In this document: positions 41,232 through 54,698 of the stretch, one piece after another | How positions within the stretch are numbered: position 1 is the stretch's first letter | How the letters are laid out: each line of letters opens with the position of its first letter | NCBI GenBank assembly: GCA_951406725.2 | Contig: OX597818.1 | Span: forward strand, 23,250,001-23,314,000 | Source of the DNA: Octopus vulgaris | Lineage: Eukaryota | DNA length: 64,000 bases | Direction: 5' to 3' | Notes under the pieces: model-generated | Databases searched by the model: none | The model's input: only the letters and a program-made list of their open reading frames with translations | What the model was told of the DNA's origin: nothing | Translations under genes and position numbers: made by a program

Positions 41232-42412
41232 CTTTAATAAAAACGTTTTCCTTATATTTTAAATTTTTCATCTAGGCGGTGCCCCAGCACGACCACAGTC
41301 TATTGACTGAAACAAACAAATAAATAAAAAACCAATTGCTAACATAATTTATTGCTACGAATCTTTTCAAATTTCTCGTATTGTTGCTACAAAATTCATC
41401 GAAAATTTGAACTTACATAATATGATATTGTGAAATTTATTGAACATTTGAATTTTCATCATATAATTTTGTTATGAAATCTATTGAACATTTGATTTTT
41501 GAGCATGTTTTATAAGAAATAGGGATGGAGATAGAGGAGGAGAAAGATATGCTGAGACAGGGAGAAAGGTACAAGGAAAATAGAGAACAAAATGCCGCAA
41601 GCAAAGCTTTGTAATAAGTAAGTACCTAACAATAATTAGGAGAACTCTTAATGGGCAAAAGTGGAATGAAATTTGTGTCTGCATGAGTAGATTACGTCAG
41701 AGAACCTATTGAGTAACAAGGGGTTGTGCTGGCGAAGGATTGCAAGTGATTCCCTGCAACACAACATACATATACGGTGGTTAGTATTGTACAGGGAAAC
41801 GGGGAAGCCCCACAAACAACGAACCAGATAGAGTATAGCGAATATTCTGGGACTTAAGGTGGTGTATGTATACAGCTAGGGGGGTAGAGAGTCTATATAT
41901 ATATATATACACATATGTATGCATGCATATATGTATATATGTATGTGTGTGTATGTATGTATGTGTATGTATGTATGTGTATGTATGTATGTATGTATGT
42001 ATGTATGTATGTATGTATTACGTATGTATGTATGTATGTATGCACTAACCAATTACGCTACCGTTTACAAGATGTAAAAAAAATAAACAAGGATATATTT
42101 ATTAAATTTCCATGAGTTTAAGTTTCTTGCCCAATTGCACATTCTTTAGATAGGTATGATAAGAGTAAAGAATTTCTTTCGAATTACACCTATCTGAAGA
42201 TTGCACCATTTAACATACAACTTAAAATTAGTTAAATGAAGTGATATTTATTATAATAAACATATTCACTCTACACAACATATTGTGTATTCTCATTTTC
42301 GTTCATGAGCTGTGCGGGCGAGTGAGCGTGCGTGCGCGTGTTAGCGTGTGAGCGTGCGTGCGCGTGTGAGCGTGCGTGCGCGTGTGAACGTGCATGTCTG
42401 TGTCTATTTCAC

Positions 42413-42603
42413 CAGAGAAGTTTACTGTCACTGCCAAAGTTTCACATGAAAAGGATGAAACCAGTACTTCTTGTATGTACAATTGTATTATTTTACCACG
42501 TTGCCAGGTCCCATCATTGACAATAAGCATTTGGCGATTTGTTGTCAGATATGGTGAGGCTTCGTACAGTGTATTCTTTATACTGAATGAAGTTAACGTC
42601 TCC
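42413..42603 (-). pseudogene. Cadherin-like exon, open frame
   Basis: tttttactgacag| ... g|gtgaaa; 191 nt; ETLTSFSIKNTLYEASPYLTTNRQMLIVNDGTWQRGKIIQLYIQEVLVSSFSCETLAVTVNFS; a mariner sits ~15 nt upstream of the acceptor. Confidence 0.55.
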
Positions 42604-42620
42604 CTGTCAGTAAAAATATA

Positions 42621-43833
42621 CGAGGTGAAGTCGAAAATGATTCCCACTTCCACCAAAACTTTCTTTAGTTTAGCTGCACTGCCTTCAGCACTCGCCTGTT
42701 AATACGTGGTATTCTTGTGGCTATATGACCGAGGTTTGACCTTGATCTCTCCGGCTTTCTTTATTGTATTACAAAGTAAACATAGCCGGTCTGCTGGCAG
42801 TGTGCACCAAGGAAGAACAGTTTCTCTGGTCTGAAGGTGTATCAGGGGATGTAATTCATTGCAGACTTTCAGTACAATACGGGGACAGCGCTCTATCGCG
42901 TAGAAGTGTGTATGAATGGATCGAGAAGTTTAAAAATGGCCGAACAAGCGTGAAGCACAAAGAGGAGGGGGGAGCTGGACACCCATTAACTTCCACCACT
43001 GACGTGAAGATTCAACAAGCTCGAGTAATGGTTCTAGCGAATCGACGAGTGACCATCAATGAGGTGGCATGTTCTCTTCAAATTAGTTATGGTTCTTCGT
43101 GCACGACAGGCTTCACTTCAGTAAAGCTACAGCGTTAGAGGTGAAGCTTTTTTTGGAGAGAATTGTCACAAAAGATGAAACTTCTGTCCATTACTTTGAG
43201 TCAAAGTACAAAAGCCAGAATATGGAGTGGAAACACCCGGAATCGCCAACCAAACAAAATTCAAGACTCAACCTTCTGCTAAAAAAGTGACGATAATCGT
43301 TTTGTGGAACACAGAAGGACCTATACTGAAATATTACCTAGAAAAGGGGACTACAGTCATCAGTGTAGGTTACAGTAAAACGTTAGCCAACAAACTCAAA
43401 CCAGCAATTCGTATCAAACGCAGAAGTCTATTACCAAAGCAAGTGTGATTGTTGGCAACAATACGCGTCTACATACGATCGCCACACTGTTGAAACCATT
43501 GAAAAATTGGGTTTCGAGTTGCTGCAAGATCCTTCATACAGTCCAGATCTCGTCCCTTCCGACTATCACCTCTTTGGACTACTCGAACATCCTTTACAAT
43601 GTCATCAATTTGCTGTTGATGAAGTGCAGGAAGCAGTGGAACAGTGCATAAATGACTGTACGAGCAGCTGAAAACTTTCTTCTCCGACAGAATAAGCAAG
43701 TTTGTGGGCCGCTAGAAGTGCATCGAAAAGCACGGAGACGCTGTCGAAAAATGCTACAATTGTTCAACCCCTGCTTTTGTTTTGATGAATTATAGAATTA
43801 AAAGTGTGTATAATTTTTTTTACTTAACCCTCG
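42621..43833 (+). mobile_element. Near full-length decayed mariner
   Basis: TA|CGAGG...CCTCG|TA ends; LSRRSVYEWIEKFKNGRTS, IVTKDETSVHYFE, PSYSPDLVPSDYHLFG. Confidence 0.9.
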
Positions 43834-44064
43834 TATAATGTACAAGCATTCACATAACGTTTTGTTGTTTAGTAAAATGGTTTACTTTTTAAAATATTTA
43901 TTGTTTTATGCAAGGCAAAGGATAACAGTTCGAATCCACTTAATGTTTAGTATCTGTACAGTATTTTTTACTTCCCATCATTAAACCCCGTGCATTAATC
44001 TTAATTTCAAGCATAGAGCAAGTTCAATTCTAAAATTTAACACTCTTCTATATTTAACTTTTAC

Positions 44065-44260
44065 CTTATACTTGTTTTAGTCATAAGACTGCGGTCATGC
44101 TGGGGCATTGCCTTGAAGAATTGTCTTTTTAATCAAAGGAGTCGAACCCAGTACTTATTCTTTTTAAAGCCTGGTACTTATTCTATCGGTGCCTTTTGCT
44201 GAACCGCTAAGTTACGGGGACGTAAACAATCCGACACCGGTTGTCAAGCGGTGGGGGTAA
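44065..44260 (-). mobile_element. CORE-type SINE 3' half
   Basis: Tail in reverse, directly abutting the next transposon. Confidence 0.8.
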
Positions 44261-44261
44261 A

Positions 44262-45375
44262 CAAATATGGCATCAAAATCAAAACGTAACCAGATTGTCG
44301 CGTTGAAAACAGCAGGAGTGAGCAACAAGGATATAAAACAATTGAATGTGTGCCTTGAAACAGTGTTCGATACCTGGAAACGATATATGGAGCCCGCTAC
44401 TACCTCTAGCAAGCCAATTCCTGGTAGGAAACGATCAATTCGTACCAAATAAACTGTTGAAGCTGTGAAGAACCGAAATCCCCGCAAACGTGCAAGAAAT
44501 ACTGCAAAAGCTCTTGATATTTCGAAATCGTAAATGCACAGGATTTTTAAAGTGGATTTAAAGCTAACTGCACACAAGAAACAATCCCGTCAGTTGAATT
44601 CAGCAGCTTCCAAGAGGGAAAGGCTCGACAGGGGTAAAACCATGTTGGCTGAGATGATGCGCACCACTAATAAAGTGTTGATCTGGTCTAATGAGATCTT
44701 CAGTGTGGAGGAAGTTACCAACAGGCAGAATGACTGGAGACTTGCCCGAAGGTAGCAGGTGTCATTTTGCTGTCAGAAGCCTGCTTCACTCATGGTGTGG
44801 GCCGCAGTTGCATCTGATGGGTCCAAGTCTCCTTTGAACTTCATCGATGCTGGCGTCAAGGTCAACAGTGAAGTTTATGTGGAAATGTTGGATGAGAAAG
44901 TGTTACCCTGGGTCACAGAAACCTTTGGTGACCGTTATATCGTCACTCAAGACAGGGCTACGGCCCACATATACAATTTGACACAGAAGTGATACAAAGA
45001 GCATTTCAGTGGTTTTGGGGACAAAACGATATTGCCCCCCTGAAATCCAGATATCAATCCCATGGATTTAGCTATCTGGTCCATCTTAGAGAGTAATGCT
45101 TCTGCTCGCTCCTATTCAAATGTGTCAGATCTGAAGAAAGCCCTTCTGTCTTCATGGATCAAGTTGGATAAAGAGGTGGTACGACGCTCATACAACTCAG
45201 TGATCACTAGTTTGCAGGCTATGATCAAGGCGAGATGTGGTCATTTTGAAAAGTAATTACTCCAATGGATTGACAATTTATATTAGAACGTGTGTGCCAA
45301 ATTTCATTATCCTACCTTAGATTTATTTTAAATAATTAAGAAACATCAGTGGGTAAATCTTTCTGGAATACCCTG
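44262..45375 (+). mobile_element. Tc1/mariner (maT/DD37D-like) remnant
   Basis: SLMVWAAVASDGSKSPL, TQDRATAH, PDINPMDLAIWSILE; terminus ...CTGGAATACCCTG|TA. Confidence 0.85.
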
Positions 45376-46159
45376 TATATCTCATCGATACAGATCATGA
45401 GCAACTGGTGAATTTAAGTAAAATGTTGACTTTTTCAAATTACGCATAGGAGAAAAATATAATACGGATGCGATCAGAGATATTTTCATAGATGCATTTA
45501 TTTACTTACATATTTAACCTCTTTACTCTCTGTGAAGCACAGGCCATCGACGACTTCTCTACTGTTCTCGACTCTTGTTACCTTTTTTTTTCTCTCCAGT
45601 TGGATTTCTACATTCTCAGCTTTATTTCAGTCTTCCTTTCGAATTTTGCTGCACAGCGTCATATGTTTCTTTGAGGAAAAACCCTCTGTTCTTAGGTCTT
45701 GTTGGTTTTGAATTGTTACCGATGCTTTTTGTCCTAGATAGCCCTACTGAAACCCATTTTTATCAGTACGGAGAAATGGTCCATATTAGTCTGCTTTCTA
45801 TCCTTTTTCCTGCCCAACATAGGAGACCCTACAGAAATCTTAAGCTCCGCTGGTATAGCTCTGTGGGTCTTTGGCACATAAACAACCACACAGCTTCAAG
45901 GACTGAATATAGTTGTGGTGAAGACTATCTAGTGGTTTTAAATGTTTTTCACCTGGACAATTCATTCAAACTGGGAGATTTTGGTTACGAGGGATGAAAC
46001 CAAAATCTGTTTGTGCACTAGGAGTATCGTACCACGCATCATGGACGGACAATATAAAGCTATTTATTGTCGGAAATAGTAACAAACTAGCTCATGCTTT
46101 CAAGTCCTTATTCAGAGTGATGTCTAACCTTCATTGTCATTATTAGAGGATTTTCTTAA

Positions 46160-46365
46160 GCCTGCAGAATCGTTAACACATCCGACAAACTGCCTAGCAG
46201 CATTTTGTCCGTCTTTATGTTCTGATTTCACATTCGCCGAGGTTGACTTTGCCTTTCATCCTCTCGGGGTCGTTAAAATAGGTACCAGTTGACCAATGGG
46301 GTCGATGTAATCGACTAACACCTCCCCCGAAGTTACTGGCCTTGTGCCGAAATTTGAAACCATTA
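46160..46365 (+). mobile_element. Meta-domain-like SINE
   Basis: gcctttcatcctctcggggtcgttaaaataggtaccag. Confidence 0.75.
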
Positions 46366-46511
46366 TTTTGGCATTTTGTGGATGTATTATCATCTTTCTT
46401 TTCTTACTGTTTAGTAACATTATTTACTTTTGGTGTGGAATGAAGAATTAACGAAGTTATTTCTAACAGCACTTCTATTTCATTTCATTTCCCAATACAT
46501 AACTTTGAAAA

Positions 46512-46796
46512 ACTGACTTGCACCCTCTGATTTTCACCTCTTCCCAGCCACGAAGCTATTTTTGAAAGGAAAGCGTTTCCTAGATGATGCAGCCTTGATT
46601 TATGAAGTCACGTCGTGGTTGGAGGACCAAGCTGGGGTCTTCTACAAAAACGGTCTCCAGAGCTGCATCAAACGATGGGAGAAATGCGTAACTCTGCGTG
46701 GTTCCTATGTAGAAAAAGACTAATAACTGTGCCAAGTTTCGTTGCTCTACTGCTATGGGAAGTGGGTCAGGAACATTACTTATTCAACGCCCCTCG
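46512..46796 (+). mobile_element. Mariner 3' fragment
   Basis: SDFHLFP...LKGKRF...RWEKCVTLRGSYVEKD*; end CCCTCG|TA. Confidence 0.85.
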
Positions 46797-47339
46797 TAAA
46801 TTCTATGTGTACCGATGGGATATAAAGATATCAAAGCGTGTAACTACAGAGACTGAGGTTGGAGAGAAGAAACAATGTAGAAGAGAATGTGTAAATTTGA
46901 TTAAATTTGAACCTAAACTTTATGCTTTACATTGAAGCTTCATACAGGTAATGGGAGGAAATATCCTTCTAGAAAAATACAACATACTAAACTTTAACCG
47001 GATTACAATTTTCATCCTATGCTTTGTATTAAATAGTAAAAAAAAAAAAATTACATCTACTGCGAATATAAAAAAAATAAAGCATAAACAATTCAACTAA
47101 ACAGCAAAAACAATTCAACTAAACAGCAAAAACGAAAGATGATACGCTATGCAAAATGATGGCAAATCCAATATAATATTTTCCACACAGACATATGTGT
47201 GTACAAATGTGTAACGTTTCGTGTTTATAGGCGTCTAAGATGATATATTGGTAGATGTTATTGCATGTGAATTGGTGTTTCTGCATACCTACATACCCGG
47301 CCATACACATACACACACAAACACAAACACACACACACA

Positions 47340-47384
<45 letters not shown>

Positions 47385-48480
47385 CATTCCTTTATGTAAT
47401 GTATCGAGTACTCGTTTGTATTATATAAAAAAAAATTATGCCCGATCCCATGGCATTTTACGCGCTCACTGTATATACACACACACTCACACATATATAC
47501 TGTGTGTGAGTGAGAGAGAGAGAGAGAAAAAAGACAGACAGACAGAGACAGACAGAGGGAGTACGTACGTATGTATGTATGTATGTATGTATGTATGTAT
47601 GTATGTATGTATGTATGTATGTATGTATGTACGTATGTATGTATGTATGTATGTATGTATGTATGTATTTTGATCGTTCGCTAATCGCTAATCTTTTTTT
47701 TTTTTTTTTTCCTGTTTCTCAATTATTTTCACTTTTGCGCATTAAATATTTTCTAAATACCGCGTGTCCTTTAGTTTTGTATTTTCTTTGTTTTTGGCAA
47801 AGACAAAATCACCGTGAATTAGTAATTTATTCTGATTTATTTGTCTCAAATGGGTTTAATGAAATACATCTTTACATCATTCTAAGTAAGAAATGTCAAC
47901 ATGGCAGCAGTAGTTTTAAGCGGCCTAAGGAAACAGGGAACATCAACATCACTACCATCATTATCATCAACACCAACAATAATAACAACAACAACACAAT
48001 GAATAATAATAATAATCATAATCGCTTTATTTGTTACAAAATGATGGGAAAATACAAGGACAGATTACAAAAATAGTGGAACAGAGTTTACGCAGAATCG
48101 ATTTGGCAAAAAGGAAAAATTCCCGGTGTATTATTTGATCGGATAAGATGTGACATTTAATCTCAATACAGTCAGCTTCAGTTTAAATATATCAAAAGGG
48201 ATTTTTTTTACTGGAAATTTGGAATAATCGCTACCGTATACATTATTTCATGTGGGAGTAAGATGGGTGTACTTGAGTGATGATTAATTTTAAGTTTGAC
48301 AAGGGTTTATGCATGCACACACATTATAAGAGATAGAGGAGATAAACTGGAAGAATGGTGGCAAGATAAACTCTTGAGATATTTAACACATTTACGATAA
48401 GATGTCATATGTGTAATAAAACCGAATTGAAAAACTTCGATCAAGTGAGATAATCCAATTAGTTAGTTGATAAAAACTCC

Positions 48481-48753
48481 CTAAATAAAGTCGCACGAAG
48501 CACCTTTGAATGAAATATATTCGTGTAAAGTCATATGACACGTTCGAGTACACTCGGACGTGTGAAGCCCTTTCGTTGCGGAAATCATCCCGGGGGAAAA
48601 TTTTCCTCCTAGACAATGTGTGTAAAAACATATCGGGTGGTGTTCGACGTCACTGGATGGTAGGTCGTATGCGTTTCTGATTTCTTTCACGTTATCAATT
48701 ACGAACACCAAATCTGCCTTTCACACGCCGAAAAGAACAACCAAAGAAGATAA
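48481..48753 (-). pseudogene. Cadherin-like exon with in-frame TGA
   Basis: gttttctcag acceptor; LSSLVVLFGV*KADLVFVIDNVKEIRNAYDLPSSDVEHHPICFYTHCLGGKFSPGMISATKGLHTSE. Confidence 0.5.
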
Positions 48754-49162
48754 CTGAGAAAACATAAACCGAGTGAAATTTTAGAAAAGATTAAGGGAAT
48801 GAATCCAATTACCCGTACATTTTACATACATTTTAATTACAATAGCAGTGATAATTCAAACATAAAACTAGATTACATTAACCCTTTTTTCATCAATTCC
48901 TACCCTTTATTTAGCCAAGAAATTGAGTCCCTTTTATTTCATATTTTCTGTAGCCCCATCACTTGACTGTTCAATTTCAATGTGTGTGTCTACGAGAAAA
49001 TAACTGATGTAACTAACAAAATACTGGTTCGGGTTAAAAATCTACTTTCATTTACAAATTCCTCTTTTTTCCCTATCTAAGAAAAAATTCTGTTTTTTAA
49101 TTTTATCCTGCTCCATTATGGTAATAATTCTAGCTTAATCTTTTCCCCGCCCAGACCCATAC

Positions 49163-49268
49163 CAGTGGAGAGCTTCAACATCCTCAGTGAGAATATATCT
49201 GCTGCCTTTACCGCTTTCCAAACCCTTCCAACACCAGCAGTTTGTTCGACTGTCCCTTGTTCTGAACG
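49163..49268 (-). pseudogene. Cadherin-like exon with apparent 1-nt frameshift
   Basis: ctaat branch + ctttgcag| ... tg|gtatgg; 106 nt; NKLLVLEG in one frame continues as LESGKGSRYILTED in another. Confidence 0.55.
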
Positions 49269-49397
49269 CTGCAAAGTATTTGGAGGTAAATTAGTGATTA
49301 GATACAAAGAAAGATATACATAGACTCACAAATAGCGAAGTCTATCGAAGAATCAAGAAATTCTTATCGTATCCAAGTCACAGGAAACTTTACTCAC

Positions 49398-49526
49398 GAA
49401 AGGTTATAGTCCAACTGCTCATATACAGATTCCATGGACTGGTAAAATTCATTGTTGAAAACAGCAAGATTACTGTATGAATTGACCCAAGTTTCGTTAA
49501 CTTGCAATGAAAGTTCCACTTCATGA
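49398..49526 (-). pseudogene. Cadherin-like exon, open frame
   Basis: ttgttctaag| ... tc|gtgagt; 129 nt; HEVELSLQVNETWVNSYSNLAVFNNEFYQSMESVYEQLDYNL resembles V.I.V.D.ND..PVF....Y..SV.E. Confidence 0.55.
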
Positions 49527-49655
49527 CTTAGAACAAGAAAGAGAGAATGGGAAGGAGATGAGAGAGAGAGAATAGGAGGGGAATGAGAGAGAGAGAATGA
49601 GAAAGGGATGAGAGAGAAAGAGAGAGGGGAAGAGAGAAATAAAGGTATTGTAGAT

Positions 49656-49997
49656 CAGTGGTTCTCAATGGAATCCATATGGCCCCTGAGGGTCTATACC
49701 AGATTTTGCGGGGTCCACACAGCAAAATAGTAAATTGGAGATCCACAATAATATTTTAAGGGCCCCTGAAAATTTTGTTTAAGATGTACGTATTGGTATG
49801 TATTGCCAGAAACGGCGAGGCTACTTTTACATAGTTCAACCCACACAAGTTTATGTGTGGAAAACAAAATAGGAAGTATGAAAAATGTTTCTACAAAACT
49901 AGTTTTTAAACATCGAATGGCTATGGGTGTCCAATTGAATAAAATAGTAATCAAAGGGGTCTATAGATAAATAAATAAAAATGGTTGAGAACCCTGG
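49656..49997. mobile_element. hAT (Charlie-like) MITE
   Basis: CAGTGGTTCTCAA / TTGAGAACCCTGG; TSD TTGTAGAT / CTGTAGAT. Confidence 0.8.
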
Positions 49998-50769
49998 CTG
50001 TAGATAAACTACACGAAAACAGTTTTCAGCTGTCACCATGTGGAGGACTTATCCCTGATATAGACAAACACAAAGAATATCGTGAAAACAAAAAGTATAT
50101 CGGTGGACAATGTTCAGCACGCAGTCTTCCATTATATTATCATTCATGTCTGGGATGTTTTATATATATTATATTGACCACAATATTTAATATACTTTAT
50201 TTTTATCAAACCAGGGGAGAATGAAAGGTAAATTTTGGCCTCGGCAGGATTTGAGGTCAGAATGCAAAAACTGTAACGAAATACTGCGTGAGAATTTGCC
50301 CAAGATAACAATTCTAATGTTAAAAACATGATTATTGAAGCGGCGGTGTCTGAACCATTTACGCAAAAATGTTCTGTGCTGAATATATTGCAGTAGACTC
50401 TTGTTGGATCAACATCATAATAGAAAATAAGTGAAAGTGAGCTGCATTCTTGTCTATTTTTCAATTTCTCATCGTAGCTGGCTCGAAAACCGAGAAACTT
50501 TTGAACATCACATAGTTTTATTTTATTTTCTCTATAAATCGGAAGCTTTCGGCCCTCATTAAATATACTGTAATATATATTAAGAATGCCTTTTTTCTAT
50601 TCTGGAAATTATGTAGCGGTATCTCTTACGCTATCTTCCTCGTTCGCTATTATTCTATCTCCATCGCTTATTAACTTACTATTAAGATAAGCCTTATTTC
50701 GTTTTATTATTAACTCATAGCTGTCTTTCAATTATTAACACACAGGCAAAAGTACACATGCATACATAC

Positions 50770-50933
50770 AGGTACACGGCTCACTCTCATTCTCAGGCAC
50801 CCTTATTGTCCTGTGATCATCACAGCCTAAACTTTGGCGGCGATAGGAATGGCCTTTGTCACGTGACCTTGTCTCTCAGACATCACAGAAAAGATTTTCG
50901 GAAGCACATCACTTGACTGTTCATGTGTGCTAC
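50770..50933 (-). pseudogene. Cadherin-like exon remnant
   Basis: PKIFSVMSERQGHVTKAIP resembles FSVD..TG.VT...PLD; stops downstream; boundaries weak. Confidence 0.35.
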
Positions 50934-51177
50934 CTTTAGTAAATTACAGTTAACATTTAATGTAAGGAGTATTAAAAAAGTTAAATAGATATAATTACGC
51001 GAAAAAGCTAAAGCAATATAGCCAATAACCAATGTTGTTTTTAAATGTTTCTGCAAATACAGGAGAAAAATCTAGATGGGTGCTGAACGCAAGAAAGCTG
51101 AGCATATGAAGGCCGAATTTCAAATTATTTAGAAATCAGAATACCGAAAACTTTTAAAATTCGACAGCTTAGAATTA

Positions 51178-51582
51178 CTCTTTTACTCTTTTCTCTTTTA
51201 CTTGTTTCAGTCATTTGACTGCGGCCATGCTGGAGCACCGCCTTTTAGTCGAGCAAATCGACCCGGGACTTATTCTTTTGTAAGCCCAGTACTTATTCTA
51301 TCGGTCTCTTTTGCCGAACCGCTAAGTGACGGGGACGTAAACACACCAGCATCGGTTGTCAAGCAATGCTAGGGGGACAAACAAAGACACACATACATAT
51401 ATATATATATATACATATATACGACAGGCTTCTTTCAGTTTCCGTCTGCCAAATCCACTCACAAGGCATTGGTCGGCACGAGGCTATAGTAGAAGACACT
51501 TGCCCAAGATGCCACGTAGTGGGACTGAACCCGGAACCATATGGTTGGTTAGCAAGCTATTTACCACACAGCCACTCCTGCG
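51178..51582 (-). mobile_element. Full-length CORE-type SINE
   Basis: Well-preserved head, core, short (TA)n and tail. Confidence 0.9.
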
Positions 51583-53452
51583 CCAGAATATGGAATTTTT
51601 AAAACATTTATGAAGGAAAATACGAAGGTAAACGCCTTAAAAATGAATACTTACAGTTTTATAACGGACCTCATTTAAAAACATATAACATATTTACTTT
51701 TTTATTATTCTACATCAAATTAACAAGCGAGATGTGGTGGGCATATTTACTAAAAGCAAAATAAGTGTATTGCTGGAATATGATATTGAAGATATATCCA
51801 AAAGCTTAAATAGTTTATTTTGTGAATACTTTTGTTCTTTAAAACTTATTATTGAATATTTTGCTTCTTCCTTTGAATACAAACATAAACCTATCAAACG
51901 GTTAAAAGGCCAAATTTTTTTACACTAGGGAAGAGTGAGGGCAAACGAGGATAAACCCTCGCAGAAGCCTGTTTTTAGTGCATCAGAATTCAGCCTTATA
52001 ATAGTTTGGTGTATTCATGTTTGCATTGAAACAAAAGGAAGGAAAATATTCAATAGTGAGATAATTTGAAGAAAAGAAATATTCGACAAACTAAGTTTGC
52101 GCTGATATCTTCGATATCCTTTCCTCGTAATACACTTTATTTATTTATTCATTTATTTATTTATTTATCAGTAAATATGGTCAACATATCGAGCTTGCCC
52201 TTATTATTTTGTCGTAGCGTAATAAATAAAGAAAGAAATCCCATGTTTCTTTAAATAAGTTCCGTTTAACAACTGCGCATAAATGTTTTTAAGACAGTTT
52301 TTCTTCTTATTTTTCCAAGAATAGTCTTTCGGGCGAAGCAAAATGAAAAGTAAATACGTTTCTCAAATAAATTCCATTTTAAAACTGCAAACGAAAGTTT
52401 TAACGCAGTTTATCTTCTAATTTCCCTTAAAATAGCTATTCTTACGTAATATATTAAAAACGTAAATATGTTATGTACTTCTCAAATTAAATCTGTTTTT
52501 TGTAAGACTTAATTTCAAAATTTGGAGTTCTCATTATTCAGTTTTTCAAGTGTTTAGTTCATTGGAAAGTTGGCCTTCTCACGTTCAATCATTTCACGTT
52601 CGGCCTTTTCGCGTTCGGCCTTTTCGCGTTCGATCTTGAGACTCAAATCATGCCAGACTTACTTCGGCCTTAAGATCTCATTAGCAAAATATCGGTCTAA
52701 CATAGTTGTCAAAATAGCGATGGAAGAATCAATAAGTAAATGTACAAGATGGTAGGTTAGTTGGTGTAGAATATAAAATTCTTGAGAGAAATTTCTCTAA
52801 TTAGATGATGATAATACCGACATATATGTTGATAGTCGTCTTTTGCGCGCACTTAAAGCGTTAAAACTTTGATATTTTTTCCTCGCCGCAAAATTATTTC
52901 TAATTATCTTCTTAATGCTCATTACATTAAAGATTTTAACATTAACTTAACTACTGCTTTTTGTGCAGATGGCGTCTCTTAGTTATTTATAACTTTTAAG
53001 TTGTTTGGTGATAAGTTAGGAGAATCTCCAGAATAAAAGCGTTCCTGTATTTAGCTTCATTTTCTTGTGTTCGAATTCCCCTTGGATCGTCTTAACTCTT
53101 TCCTTTCTTCAGAGACGATAAAACAAGTACCATTAATGTATACCGGAATATATTCTTTTGAGTAAATCTCTAATCAACAAAATTTAGCTTATTGTCTAAA
53201 TAAGATTTTGAACTGCAAATGTTCTGTAAGAAATACAAAAGCATGAAAATAGTAAGAATTTTCCTCTGTAAATCTTAATATATTACACATTATATAATGC
53301 TGTAATCCTTGGATTAAGATAAATCGTCAGTTATAATATCGATGAGTTTATTGCTTTTGTCAGGTAGGATAATCTTGTATGAAACACAATAATATAGTTA
53401 TTAGATTTAAAAGTAGATTTAAAGATAAGTCTTCTGGAAAATCTTAATTTAC

Positions 53453-53595
53453 CCCACTGGTACTGGATATATTCTATTTAATCACTGCATTACTACCCGG
53501 TCATATAGTTTACCCCACAAAGAAAATAGTTTCTCTTGCAAAACAACTCGCTATTCATCGAACTATAAACTAAGAACTACTTCATCTAGTAACAG
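53453..53595 (-). pseudogene. Cadherin-like exon with stops/frameshift
   Basis: ctttattcag| ... ggg|gtaaat; contains PGSNAVIK*NISS, matching D.G.NA.I.Y.I.S with Tyr mutated to TAG. Confidence 0.55.
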
Positions 53596-53739
53596 CTGAA
53601 TAAAGGGTAGAATTCTTGTAAACAGCGTTAGTAAATTGTTTTTGATAACAATATATTATAGTTATTTCACTTGTGACGTTAATAATCCTTTCTACTATAA
53701 CAACAGTGATTTGTTGAACCGTTGTTTATTGCGTCCCAA

Positions 53740-53972
53740 TTATTTAGAAACGAGACGAAGAACGATCCACTCCTAAAGCCCCGATCTTGTTATCCGCCTC
53801 ATCGGAAGTGCCTTTTCTGCCGACTAGTTCATTAACTAGCCTACAGTATAAACGGTTTACACTTTTATGATGCAAGTCAAAAGAAATTAATGGATGCAAA
53901 TACACCTTTGAGTTCATCTCACGGAAATGGTCAGTGCCACCCTAAGCGAGGTAGTATATCCACCTAGGTAAA
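53740..53972 (-). pseudogene. Cadherin-like exon with in-frame TAG
   Basis: tttttctttag acceptor; WIYYLA*GGTDHFREMNSKVYLHPLISFDLHHKSVNRLYCRLVNELVGRKGTSDEADNKIGALGV. Confidence 0.5.
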
Positions 53973-54331
53973 CTAAAGAAAAAGGTGTAGCTAATACATG
54001 CAAACACGAAAGAAAACGCAAGAAAGTCGATAGTTTCAAACAGGAAAAAAATCAACAACTGAAATCATTCTTATATCAAAATAAATAAATAAATAAATAA
54101 GTAAAAATTTATCCAATATGACATAAATATTTGTATCAGACATGTATGATTTGACTGGTTAATATTCTGTGACTAATCGGAGCATTTTCATCTGTTTAAC
54201 CTCGGAATTAGGAACGCCTATGATTTTCTTTTCAATTAAGTATATGACCATGAATATATTCATATGGTCATCTAAAGACGAGAGTACTGATTCTCAAAGT
54301 CGTGATGGATAAAACGAACCAAAATGTGTGT

Positions 54332-54368
<37 letters not shown>

Positions 54369-54698
54369 CATCCCTGCATGTATGCACGCGCGTAGGCTCG
54401 GATGCACGTGTTTGTATGTATGTATGTATGTATGTGTGTATGTATGTTATGTATGTATGTATGTATGTATGCATGCATGTATGCATGCATGCATGCATGT
54501 ATGTATGTATGTATGTATGTATGTATGTATGTATGCATGCATGTATGTATGCATGCATGTATGTATGTATGTATACATGCATGATCCATGTATGTATAAA
54601 TGCATGTCTGGATTAAAGTATAGTACTCACATATGCATTTAGAAATCTCTTTCTAATAAAAAGATAACAAGATCTTTTTATTCATACATACATTTATA

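Noticed and set aside
49208-49268. Neuropeptide precursor ending in amidation signal FGKR*
   Set aside because: No signal peptide or precursor layout; better explained as a frameshift product of a cadherin-like exon.
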